A DNA stretch of 64,000 nt from Planctomycetota bacterium. Its GTDB lineage: Bacteria > Planctomycetota > UBA8108 > SXIK01. The notes below the pieces were generated by a model. That model searched no databases. It was not told the DNA's origin and was given only the letters and a program-made list of their open reading frames with translations. Positions 28,197 through 37,561 of the stretch are shown here, piece by piece; position 1 is the stretch's first letter; every line of letters starts with the position of its first letter. The position numbers and the translations under genes were made by a program. The stretch lies in NCBI GenBank assembly GCA_965223845.1, contig CBDCXR010000004.1:7648001-7712000 (forward strand), in the 5' to 3' direction.

Positions 28197-30191
28197 TCAG
28201 GTGGTGAGCCACCGCCACATCGCTTCGATCTCGGTGCGTCCCTGTATGTACGCGAGAACCGCGAAGAACGCGCCGAGTGCGGCGATGAAAAGGCAGGAGA
28301 ACGCGGGGACGACGCGGAGCGCCTTGAGGCCGAAGCGGTCGAGTCCCTCGAGGAATGACGGCGCGAACACCCGCTTCATGAACGACAGCTCCTGGAAGAA
28401 CGCACCGGGCTTCGCGTGCGCGGCGCTGATGGCTTTTCCGGTGATGAGAAGCACGCCGAGACCGACTAGCACGGCGCCTAGACCGAGGCTGAAGACCACG
28501 ATGAGAAAGAGCCCCCAAGCGAGTTGATCGGGTTCTTGAAGCGCGAGGAGCAGGATCGTCGCGGCGCCGGGACACGGGACCAGTCCGCTCGTGATTCCGA
28601 GTACGAGGAGCTGGGGAAGCGTCGGCCGCGGTCCGGCGGAGGCGTGCGTGTGGGAGTGTTCTTGTTCCTGTTCGTTCCCGTTCCCGTGATCGTGATCGTG
28701 ACCGCGTGAATGAGTGTGACCGTGGCCGTGACCATGCGAATGACCGTGAGCATGGTCATGCTCCGGCTCGGATGGCGCGGAATCTTCGTGCGAATGCGAA
28801 TGCCCGTGACCATGGCCATGCTCCGGCTCGGATGGCGCGGAATCCTCGTGCGAATGCGAATGCCCGTGCCCGTGCGAATGCGAATGCCCGTGCCCGTGAT
28901 CGTGACTGTGCCCTGGTGGGACTCCACGGATACGCCGCCAAAAGAGGGTGAGTCCCAAGCCAATCATCATGAGTGCCGCGATGATCTGAACGGAGACGAT
29001 GATCCGATTCTGGACGCTCACTGGCGACGACGACGCCGCGACTCGGATCACGACGAAGACGACGACACCCGTGACGAATACACTTCCCGTGTGAGCGATC
29101 GTCGTCGCCGTCCCCGTGACGAACGCGTCCCGGATGCGCCCGTGCGTTCCGATTAGATACGCCGCGACCATCGTTTTTCCGTGTCCGGGGGTGAGAGCGT
29201 GCGCGGCGCCGTAGAGAAACGCGAGCACCGTCGCGAAGATCAGGAACAGCGTTCCGACTCCCTCCTCCCTGCCGCGACGAAATAGATCGAGAAGAAAATC
29301 ACCCTCGTCTTTTTCGGACGATTCGACCGCGGCTGGTCGCGCCGCCTCCTCCGAGCTTCCCGTCGCCTTCGCGTCTCGGGGAGGCTCGGGCGGCGGTGGG
29401 GTCACCGCCTCCTGATCGCCCTGACGAATCGCCGGATCATTCGGCTCCCCGGCTTGCGCGGCCACCTTCCCGTCGCCTTTCGGATCCGCCGGTAAATCGT
29501 CCCCCTCGACTACCGCCTCTTCCTTCGGCGGCGCGAAAGGATTCCGATTGAAGTCTTCGAGGAGGAGCGAGGCCCGGCAGATTTCGCTCTGGATCACGTA
29601 CGCGGTCGCGTCGAGATACGCGGCCTCGTCGAAGCTCGGCCGGAGCCGCGTCGTCTCGTCGCCCTGCCCTTCGTAGGGAAACCAGAATTGTGGTTTCGTT
29701 TTGACGTCGTCTTTCGTCACCGTGTCCCGCATCTCAAACTCGTACGCGCGTCCGAGCTCGAACTGGCCCCCGGGGGCATCGATCTCGAGGTCGTAGTAGA
29801 GCGTCATCGGCTTCTCGAACACGTCGCCTCCGAGCCCGGCGTGCCGCGACTGGACGCGGCGGAACGGGACGGGCTTGCCGTCGATCTTCGCTTCGATGCG
29901 CGGGGCGATCTTGTTCGTCCACTGCGCTTCGACGTACGCCGCGGCCTCCTCCGGCTCCACCGTGCTCGACTTGTCCTCGTCGATGCGAAGGAGCTCGGCC
30001 TGCGCCCAAATGCCGATGTAGCTGAGGTCCAAGGTCACGACGATCTTGTCGCGCTTGACGATGATCTGGCTGAGTGTGCCGACTCCGGCCTTCGGAACGT
30101 GCGCGTGCGCGGAACTCACGGCGAGTGTGCCGAGAACGGCCGCCGCGAAGGCGAGCCGAAGAGCGCCGAGAGGATTGCAAGATCGCATCAT
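28197..30191 (-). CDS. RcnA/NiCoT-type nickel/cobalt transporter fused to an N-terminal exported domain, with a long His-rich loop
   Basis: Signal peptide ending AHA-H; YGAAHALTPGHGKT, GLVPCP, FSLGL; (HG/HS)n loop. Start placed at MMRSCN. Confidence 0.88.
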   Translation of the reverse strand: MMRSCNPLGALRLAFAAAVLGTLAVSSAHAHVPKAGVGTLSQIIVKRDKIVVTLDLSYIGIWAQAELLRIDEDKSSTVEPEEAAAYVEAQWTNKIAPRIEAKIDGKPVPFRRVQSRHAGLGGDVFEKPMTLYYDLEIDAPGGQFELGRAYEFEMRDTVTKDDVKTKPQFWFPYEGQGDETTRLRPSFDEAAYLDATAYVIQSEICRASLLLEDFNRNPFAPPKEEAVVEGDDLPADPKGDGKVAAQAGEPNDPAIRQGDQEAVTPPPPEPPRDAKATGSSEEAARPAAVESSEKDEGDFLLDLFRRGREEGVGTLFLIFATVLAFLYGAAHALTPGHGKTMVAAYLIGTHGRIRDAFVTGTATTIAHTGSVFVTGVVVFVVIRVAASSSPVSVQNRIIVSVQIIAALMMIGLGLTLFWRRIRGVPPGHSHDHGHGHSHSHGHGHSHSHEDSAPSEPEHGHGHGHSHSHEDSAPSEPEHDHAHGHSHGHGHGHTHSRGHDHDHGNGNEQEQEHSHTHASAGPRPTLPQLLVLGITSGLVPCPGAATILLLALQEPDQLAWGLFLIVVFSLGLGAVLVGLGVLLITGKAISAAHAKPGAFFQELSFMKRVFAPSFLEGLDRFGLKALRVVPAFSCLFIAALGAFFAVLAYIQGRTEIEAMWRWLTT
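28741..28898. repeat. 60-bp tandem duplication plus 24-bp and 6-bp sub-repeats encoding the His loop
   Basis: 28741-28800 and 28801-28860 are nearly identical (HGHSHSHEDSAPSEPEH twice). Confidence 0.9.
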
Positions 30192-30307
30192 GGGTCGGAT
30201 GGTGCCGCGCGCCGGATGGTCTCGCCCGCGACTCTGTCGAACGGGCGACGGCGACCAGTGTACCCGAGCGCACCGATCAGAAGTGACGAATCGTCCGGGC
30301 CTCCGCG

Positions 30308-32602
30308 TCAAAGCACGCGCCGAAGTGTGACGAACGCCGGAAAGATCTGCTTCTCGCCCGCGGCGTCGAAGTCGATCGTGACGGAGCGTCGCCGCCCGAC
30401 CACGGCCACGCGCAGGATCGTGCCCTCGCCGTAGTCGTCGTGATAGACGCGGTCGCCGACGCGAAACGGCTCCTCGAGCGACTCGGCGGCGAACTCGAGC
30501 TCGTCCCATGGATCAGTCTCCGCCGCGTCGCCTTCGTCCGATCCGGAATCGGCGTACTCGAAGTCGACGTCGTCGCCGGAAATGCTTTCGAGTCTCGCCT
30601 TACGCTCGATCGCGCGCGTCGTTTCGGGGTCGACGGCGAGGAACGCGGTGTCCGCGGTTGCGAGCGCTCCCTCGCGCAGCTCGCCTAGGAACCGCGATGG
30701 CACCGCCGGCCGAGGCTGGCCGAACCGAGTCCGCTTCGCGGCGTGCGTGAGGTAGAGGCGATCTTCGGCGCGCGTGATACCGACGTAGCACAGTCGCCGC
30801 TCCTCTTCGATGTCCGGCGCGACGTCGTCCGAACGGACGAGCGGAAGGATGCCGTCCTCCGCACCGATGATGATCACGTTCGGAAACTCGAGCCCCTTCG
30901 CCGCGTGGAGCGTCATCAACGTGACGGAATCCGTTCCCGCACTCCACCGATCGGTCTCGCCGAGGAGACGCGCCTGCTCGAGAAAGCCGACGAGCGCGGT
31001 GGGCGCCTCGTCTCTCGCGGCTCCGTCTTCGTCCCGCAAACTTTGGAACTCGTCCGCCGCCTTGATGAGCTCGTCGACGTTCTCCCAGCGATCGAGATAG
31101 TCCCCGGGATGCTGCGTCTCGAGGAACTCGCGATAGTCGGTCGCCTTCACCACGCGATCGAAAAGCATGGCGACGGACGCGTCCGCGTCATCGCGCAGCT
31201 CCGCCAGCAAGCCCGCGAGCTGCTCGCAGCCAGCTCGTGCGCGTCCGCGGAGGAAGTCGAGTTCGTCTGGCGATGCGATCAGCTCGCCGAGTGCCAAGCC
31301 GCGCTCCCGAGCTCGCGCTTCGAGCTTCGCGATCGAACCTTTTCCGATCCCGCGCAGGGGGACGTTGATGATGCGCTTCAGACTTTCGTCATCCCGCGGA
31401 TTCGCGAGTGCACTCAAGTACGCGAGGAGATCCTTCACCTCACGCCGGAGATAGAACTCGACTCCGCCGACCATCGAGTACGGCGTTCCGCGGGTGACGA
31501 GCTCCTGCTCGATCGGTCGCGAGAGCGAGTTCACCCGATAGAAGACCGCGATGTCTCCCAATCGCGCGCCGTCTCCGCGGAGGCGATCGATCACGTTGGC
31601 AACGGCGCAGGCCTCTTCCCGTTCGTCGGCGAAGCGGCAGACTTCCACCGGATCACCGGTTTCGCGCTCCGACCAGAGGTGCTTCTCTTTGCGCTCGACG
31701 TTATTCGCGATGATCGCGTTTGCTGCCGCGAGTACGCATCGAGTCGAGCGATAGTTTTGCTCGAGCTTGATCACCCGCGCGTCGGGATAATCCGATTCGA
31801 AGCGAAGGATGTTGCCGATGTCCGCACCGCGCCAGCGGTAGATCGATTGATCGGGATCGCCCGTCACACAGAGATTGCGATGCCGTTCGACCAGCAGTTG
31901 CGCGAGACGGTACTGAAGCGCGTTCGTGTCCTGATACTCATCGATGAGGACTTGCTGAAACCGTTCACGGTATCGCTCGAGAATCTCGCGGTCGGTCTCG
32001 AGGAGACGCACCGTGAGAAGGAGCAAGTCGTCGAAGTCGACCGCGTTGAGTTCCCGCAGACGGGACTCGTACGCGTCGAAGAGCTCCGCGAGGAGACGCT
32101 CGCGGTAGTCGATACCGCTCAGCTCGTTCACAGCGGGCGTGGAACCGTCGTTCTTGAGCTGGCTGATCGCCGACTGAAGCGGCGCGGGCGACCACATCGC
32201 GGCGTCGACCGAGCGCTCCTTGAGGATCGCCTTGAGCAGGCCGCGGCAATCGTCTTGGTCGTAGATGGTGAACGACGAGTCGTACGGGTCGAGTCTTCCG
32301 ATGTGACGACGGAGCATGCGCGCGCCGAAGCTGTGAAAGGTCGAAATCCACCGCGTCGCGATGCCCGAGATCGCCTCCGTGCGCTCGCGCATCTCTTGGG
32401 CGGCTTTGTTCGTGAACGTGATCGCGAGCACGCTCTCCGGCGAGTATCCGTGCCGGTAGAGCTGTGCGACGCGGTGCGTGATGACGCGCGTCTTACCGCT
32501 TCCGGGCCCCGCGACGACGAGGAGCGGGCCTGTCTCGTGAAGGACGGCCTCGCGCTGAGGCGGATTGAGGTCGCGGAGAGATCGGTCGAGGTTCTGGGCC
32601 AC
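30308..32602 (-). CDS. pcrA: UvrD/PcrA-family SF1 DNA helicase
   Basis: AGPGSGKT, TFTNKAA, DEYQD, GDPDQSIY, LEQNYRS, TLHAAKGLEF, EERRL.YVGITRA; C-terminal Tudor-like tail. Confidence 0.95.
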   Translation of the reverse strand: MAQNLDRSLRDLNPPQREAVLHETGPLLVVAGPGSGKTRVITHRVAQLYRHGYSPESVLAITFTNKAAQEMRERTEAISGIATRWISTFHSFGARMLRRHIGRLDPYDSSFTIYDQDDCRGLLKAILKERSVDAAMWSPAPLQSAISQLKNDGSTPAVNELSGIDYRERLLAELFDAYESRLRELNAVDFDDLLLLTVRLLETDREILERYRERFQQVLIDEYQDTNALQYRLAQLLVERHRNLCVTGDPDQSIYRWRGADIGNILRFESDYPDARVIKLEQNYRSTRCVLAAANAIIANNVERKEKHLWSERETGDPVEVCRFADEREEACAVANVIDRLRGDGARLGDIAVFYRVNSLSRPIEQELVTRGTPYSMVGGVEFYLRREVKDLLAYLSALANPRDDESLKRIINVPLRGIGKGSIAKLEARARERGLALGELIASPDELDFLRGRARAGCEQLAGLLAELRDDADASVAMLFDRVVKATDYREFLETQHPGDYLDRWENVDELIKAADEFQSLRDEDGAARDEAPTALVGFLEQARLLGETDRWSAGTDSVTLMTLHAAKGLEFPNVIIIGAEDGILPLVRSDDVAPDIEEERRLCYVGITRAEDRLYLTHAAKRTRFGQPRPAVPSRFLGELREGALATADTAFLAVDPETTRAIERKARLESISGDDVDFEYADSGSDEGDAAETDPWDELEFAAESLEEPFRVGDRVYHDDYGEGTILRVAVVGRRRSVTIDFDAAGEKQIFPAFVTLRRVL

Positions 32603-32911
32603 GCTTTAGCTGTCCGTTGAGCGCTTCGAATCTAGAGCCGGCGCGTCCGCTTGCAGAATCACCGCCGCCCGCGCCGGAGACCGCGACGGTCCTCGAGGAC
32701 TCACGCGGCCGAGACGGACGAGAGCGTGTCGACCTCTCGACCGACCCAGTTTCGGGCGGGCAGCTAGGCTACCCTCGGGCGCGCCAGAATCCACCGCCTG
32801 CGAGTCGCGGCGATGGCCCGGAGGGGGCCGCTCCGCCTCGCGTCGTTCGGTCGCGAAGGGGCTTATCGTAAGATGTTGTGATTGCTTAGGTTGGGTCGGT
32901 CTCGGCCGGCG

Positions 32912-32940
32912 TTGAATCGCGCTGAACTTTATGATAACTT
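32912..32940 (+). promoter_or_regulatory. Putative sigma70 promoter
   Basis: TTGAAT-N17-TAACTT with extended TGn. Confidence 0.45.
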
Positions 32941-33017
32941 ACCCGGCTTCGCGCTGTTCGCGCAGATCTTCCCGTGCGGGTCCGAGACCCGCGTTCGCAC
33001 CGGTGTGGAGTTGAGTC

Positions 33018-34373
33018 TTGGACGAGAATACGAGCGCCGTGGTTTCGTTTTCTGATCGACTGGCTGAGGTAGGCGGTGAGGAGCTCTCGCCCGACAGCTT
33101 CCGCTCGCTCGCCGCGACGGCTTTCGATTCGATGAAGTCCTACGATGAGTTGCGGACCTTCCTCGAGGATTGGAGCCCGGCGGAAAAGTCGATCGGGGCG
33201 AAGACGGTCTCGGAAGTGATTCGCGGGTACTGCTCTCTTCTCGTCGGCGACCTCGACGGCGCCGTCGAGACACTCTCGAAGCAGAAGGCGCAGCTCTGGG
33301 GAAGCTACCATCTGGCTCGATCCCACCTCGAGTCGCGCCGACTCGATGACGCACTCGCCGTCGCCGAACCGGCGTACAAGAAGGCGTCCGACTCGACGCG
33401 TCTCGGATGCCTCGTCGCGGAGATCCAAGCTCGCCGCGGTGATCTCGACGCGGCGGAGAAGTGCCTCGCGGCCGTCGAAAAGAGCGCGCCGGATGCGGCC
33501 GAGACTCTCGTTGCTCGCGCGGTCGTTCTCGAAAAGACGGGCGACTACGCCGGCGCGATCGATGCCTATCGCGCCGCGTCGGAGAAGGACCCCGGCGATC
33601 CCGAGATTCTCTTTCGGCTCGGGTATCTTCTCGAGCTCCACGGGAGCGACGCGGACGAGGCGAACGACGAAGCGCTCTCCGTGTACGAACGTTGCGTCAA
33701 CCTCGGGCCCGTGCACGTCAACGCTGCGATCAATCTGGGTCTGCTCTACGAAGACCGCGAACGCTACCACGACGCGATTCGCTGCTACGAGACCGTGCTC
33801 CGGTATCACCCGAATCATGCGCGCGCGCGCCTCTACCTTCAGGATGCGCACGCATCGACGACGATGTTCTATGATCGCGAGCAGGAGAAGAAGGCCGATC
33901 GGCAGTCTCAGGTGCTCAAGATCCCGGTGACCGATTTCGAGCTGTCGGTGCGCAGCCGGAACTGTCTCCAGAAGATGAATATCAAAACGCTCGGCGATCT
34001 CATCATGAAGACCGAGCAGGAGCTTCTCTCGTACAAGAACTTCGGCGAGACCTCGCTCGAAGAGATCAAGCAGATGCTCAACCAGAAGGGTCTCCGGCTC
34101 GGCCAGGGACTCGAAGACGGTTCGTCCGACGCGTCACACGGACGCAATCCGCTCGAGGCCTCGGCGGCGCCCGAGATTCTCGACAAGTCAATCGACGACC
34201 TCGAGTTATCTGTACGAAGCCGGCGCTGCATGGAGCGTCTCGGTGTGCGAACGCTGCGCGATCTCATCAACAAGACCGAGATGGAGCTCATGGCGGCGAA
34301 GAACTTCGGAATGACCTCGCTCAACGAGATCAAGCGCAAGCTCGCCGAGCTCAATCTCGCGCTCCGCACCTAG
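33018..34373 (+). CDS. TPR-repeat protein with two tandem RNA polymerase alpha-CTD domains
   Basis: TPR helices followed by two copies of LSVRSR.C...........L....E.EL...KNFG.TSL.EIK..L; no alpha-NTD. Confidence 0.92.
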   Translation: MDENTSAVVSFSDRLAEVGGEELSPDSFRSLAATAFDSMKSYDELRTFLEDWSPAEKSIGAKTVSEVIRGYCSLLVGDLDGAVETLSKQKAQLWGSYHLARSHLESRRLDDALAVAEPAYKKASDSTRLGCLVAEIQARRGDLDAAEKCLAAVEKSAPDAAETLVARAVVLEKTGDYAGAIDAYRAASEKDPGDPEILFRLGYLLELHGSDADEANDEALSVYERCVNLGPVHVNAAINLGLLYEDRERYHDAIRCYETVLRYHPNHARARLYLQDAHASTTMFYDREQEKKADRQSQVLKIPVTDFELSVRSRNCLQKMNIKTLGDLIMKTEQELLSYKNFGETSLEEIKQMLNQKGLRLGQGLEDGSSDASHGRNPLEASAAPEILDKSIDDLELSVRSRRCMERLGVRTLRDLINKTEMELMAAKNFGMTSLNEIKRKLAELNLALRT

Positions 34374-34520
34374 CGGAGCCGCCTCGCAGCACATCGAGTG
34401 AATCGGTGCCGCGCGCCGAGCGCCGCGTCGAGAGCTAACGATCGTCGTCGGGCGTTGAGCCCATCGTCGAGCGGATTGCGTTCTACGGTGGCGTGGCGAT
34501 GGGACGAAGCGGAGGGGAGC

Positions 34521-35150
34521 ATGTTCGATCGATTTCGCGGCGCGGTCGCCGAGCTCTCGCCGACGAGAGTGGTCTTCGAGGTCGGCGGCGTAGGCTACGA
34601 CCTCTCGATCCCGCTTTCGACCTTCGACACGCTCAAGCGGGTCGGTGACGGCGAGTCGGTCGTCGTTTTCGTCCACCTGCATGTCCGAGAGGACGACCTG
34701 CGACTCTTCGGCTTCGCGTCGAAGGAGGAGCGACGTCTCTTCCGCATGGTGCTCGCCGTGTCGGGGGTGGGGCCCGGGATCGCTCTCGCCGCGCTGTCGA
34801 CGTTCGCGCCCGCGGAGCTCCTCGGGACGCTCGCCGCTGCGGACAGCAAGGCGCTTCAGCGCGTCAAGGGAATCGGTCGCAAGGTGGCCGAGCGCCTCGT
34901 CGTCGAGCTGAAGGATCGAGCCGCCGCTCTCGTCGGGAGCCTCGAGCCGGTCGCGCCATCCGGCGCGAGTTCCAGCGTCGCATCCGGCTTCGACCCGCGC
35001 GACGTCGACGACGCCGTGCGCGCACTCGTCGAAATCGGCTATCCCTCGAAGTCAGCGCTTCACCTTGTCGAGACATCGCTCGCTGGATTCGCCGCGCGGG
35101 GCGAGCGAGCTTCCCTCGAGGACGTCATCAAGGAGTGCCTCCGGCAGTGA
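34521..35150 (+). CDS. ruvA: Holliday junction branch migration protein RuvA
   Basis: MFDRFRG, GGVGY, HVRED..LFGF, VSGVGP, VKGIGRK.AER..ELKD, ALVEIGY. Confidence 0.95.
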   Translation: MFDRFRGAVAELSPTRVVFEVGGVGYDLSIPLSTFDTLKRVGDGESVVVFVHLHVREDDLRLFGFASKEERRLFRMVLAVSGVGPGIALAALSTFAPAELLGTLAAADSKALQRVKGIGRKVAERLVVELKDRAAALVGSLEPVAPSGASSSVASGFDPRDVDDAVRALVEIGYPSKSALHLVETSLAGFAARGERASLEDVIKECLRQ

Positions 35151-35375
35151 CGCGGGCTTCGCGGTCCGGCGTCGGCACTCGAGTTGCCTCGATTCTCGGA
35201 TGAAACGCGGTCCGTGAACGAAGGCGCGGGTGATCGGCCCGTAGGACCACCGTCCCCGCTCGGAGACCGCCGGCGTTCGAGTACCGTTCGTACCAAGTTT
35301 GGGCGGTCGAGCCGAACGCGCGTTAAGTCTTTGTGAAATCTTGGCTTGAGTCGTCGGCGAAGGCGCTTCCGCTCG

Positions 35376-35404
35376 TTGACCTTGACTATCGGACGCTGTA
35401 TACT
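35376..35404 (+). promoter_or_regulatory. Sigma70-type promoter
   Basis: TTGACC-N17-TATACT. Confidence 0.75.
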
Positions 35405-35588
35405 GAAGTGGTGAAAGAGAAGTTCTGTGCTCCCCGATTGCCCTAAGTCCTTCTGCCTTTGGGACTTGTCAGTCGGGCCCACGGAGGGGGGAAGTGGACG
35501 GTCGCCCCGGCGGCCGTGCTTGCAGAGGACGTCACCGACACTGAGGCGCGAACTACCGCTAACGCCGAGACTCTAGACCGGAGGCCCC

Positions 35589-36881
35589 GTGAATCACCGA
35601 CGCCGCATCCGCGGAAGCCGATGTTCGATCGTGGTCTGCCTCCTCGTCTTGACGGGATTCGGGTCGTGGCGGGCGAACGCGCAGGAAGTGCGGCGGCTTT
35701 CTCCTCCCTCACCGACTTCGGCGAGCTCGACGCTCATTTCGGCGTCGGTCACGGCTGCAGTCACGACGGCTGCGACCACAAAGGTCGAGGTGCCGGCGAG
35801 CTCGGTGCCTTCGGCGCTCGATATCGCACGAATCGAGCGTCCGACGTCCGGGGCCCGAGCCGAGGGGCCGCGTTTCGGCTCGAACGACTCGACGCAGCTT
35901 CTCGCAGCCGGTTTCGGGCACGACGGTTCTGTCCGGTCGAATCGTGCAGCGCTTCGCGGGGCTGACCCGGTGGCGCGACCGACCGACGTCGATTGGTTCG
36001 GTTCCGCCGATGTCGGAGACTCGCTCGAGGCGATTCGGCGTCGGGCCGCAAGTCAGCGGCGTTCACTCGGCCGAGGGGCGACGTCCCTCGACGTGTGGGC
36101 GAGTCCGGTCGACGATCTCCGTGCCCGGGCCAACCCGGAGCTGCCGCACTGGCTCTTCGCCGGCCACATCGACGGCGGCGAAGAGCCGCCCGATTTCGCC
36201 GGTACGCGAAGCCTTCCGCTCTTCTATGTCGAGCCGCCACGCGAGACGAAGTTGAAGCGCAAGGTCCGAAAGCTCGTGCGGCGAAAGATCTATCGCGAGT
36301 TTCGTCGTCAAGTCAAGAAGGAGTGGAAGCGTCTCTTCCGAGACTCTTCCACGATGACCTTCGCGACGTACGAGCGCACGCTCACGGAAATCAATCACAT
36401 CGGGAAGAGCGCGTCGGAGTACGACGTGTTCAACGATGACCTCCGGACGCGAGAGACGCAGGACGAGGTGTTCCGGCGCGAGGACCGCGGCGGTGAGGCC
36501 GAGATTCCGATCGTCACCTGGGGCCCGCTCACGATCACCGACGGCGGTGACTTTATCTTCGATGTCGGAACCGCCGCGAGCGAGGGGGAGTTGGCGCTCG
36601 ACGACGAGCTCGAGGTCGGTGGCGAAGAAGCGCGGAAGCCTCTCCTCTCTGCGAACGGATTCGATATCCAGACGGGGCTTCAGCTCCGGTTCGATCCGCG
36701 CGATCATTCGGGCTCGGGCAACTACGTGCCGCTCGTCTCGTCCTACGGCTTCAGCGTCGAGGTCGATTGGCTGAGCGACGTGCTCGAGCGCGAGATGGTG
36801 ACGACGGAGTTCAGCGTCGAGGTCGATCGCCGCGGCGAAGTGGCTGGGTTCTTCAACTTCGTCATTCGCGCGCGGAAGTAG
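35589..36881 (+). CDS. Hypothetical exported protein with amphipathic beta-strands at the C-terminus
   Basis: Signal-like N-terminus, low-complexity linker, alternating-residue strands (YGFSVEVDW, FFNFVI). Start uncertain. Confidence 0.65.
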   Translation: MNHRRRIRGSRCSIVVCLLVLTGFGSWRANAQEVRRLSPPSPTSASSTLISASVTAAVTTAATTKVEVPASSVPSALDIARIERPTSGARAEGPRFGSNDSTQLLAAGFGHDGSVRSNRAALRGADPVARPTDVDWFGSADVGDSLEAIRRRAASQRRSLGRGATSLDVWASPVDDLRARANPELPHWLFAGHIDGGEEPPDFAGTRSLPLFYVEPPRETKLKRKVRKLVRRKIYREFRRQVKKEWKRLFRDSSTMTFATYERTLTEINHIGKSASEYDVFNDDLRTRETQDEVFRREDRGGEAEIPIVTWGPLTITDGGDFIFDVGTAASEGELALDDELEVGGEEARKPLLSANGFDIQTGLQLRFDPRDHSGSGNYVPLVSSYGFSVEVDWLSDVLEREMVTTEFSVEVDRRGEVAGFFNFVIRARK

Positions 36882-37401
36882 GCAGACGCGCGACAAGCGC
36901 GCTTGCTTCCCCTTGCTAGGTGGCTTTCGCGAAGCCCGCTCGCCTGCGCGGCGGCGTTACGCGAGCTTCACCCCAGGGCGGGAGCTCATTCCGGGTCGCG
37001 GGGGCGCGCGCTTGATGTTCTGCGCTTCCGAGCGCGGATTCGGCTCTCGGTCGTGCAACGTTCTTTTGGGGCCTTCGCGAAGCCCCTTCGCCTGCTCGGC
37101 GTCGCCGCGCAGGTTTCAACCCCGACGAGGTGCGACATCCGGGTCGCGGGGATGCGCGCCTTGGTGTGCTCCGAACGCGGGGCGAGAGGTTCGAGTTTGC
37201 GGCTCGACGCGCGCGTCCCTCGCTGAGGGCTCGATTCTCGGCGGCTCGACGTTCGTCGCCGGGGCGTCCTTCTCGCGGAGCCTTCGCGAAGGCTTCGTGC
37301 CATCGAGGGCCGTCGCGCGGGAAAGCGCGCGTCTCGCGTCTCGCCGTCCGAGTCCTCGCGCGCACCGATTCCCGGGGTCGACGGGCCCCCGGACCCCGCC
37401 C

Positions 37402-37430
37402 TTGCAGCCCACCCGAACTACCGGTAATGT
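37402..37430 (+). promoter_or_regulatory. Putative sigma70 promoter
   Basis: TTGCAG-N17-TAATGT. Confidence 0.45.
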
Positions 37431-37561
37431 GTACTCCCGGAGGGAAGTGATGATCGCGATGGGAACCCCGAGCTCGAACCGTCCGCGCTCGAATGTCCCT
37501 GTCAACGGCGGCTGCCCGAATCGCGGGGAGGAGAGCGCGTCGGGCCCCGAGGGGAGCGACC

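Noticed and set aside
36900-37400. Three TTCGCGAAG palindromic cores as a REP-like repeat family
   Set aside because: Flanks are not shared, and short CG palindromes are abundant throughout this sequence.
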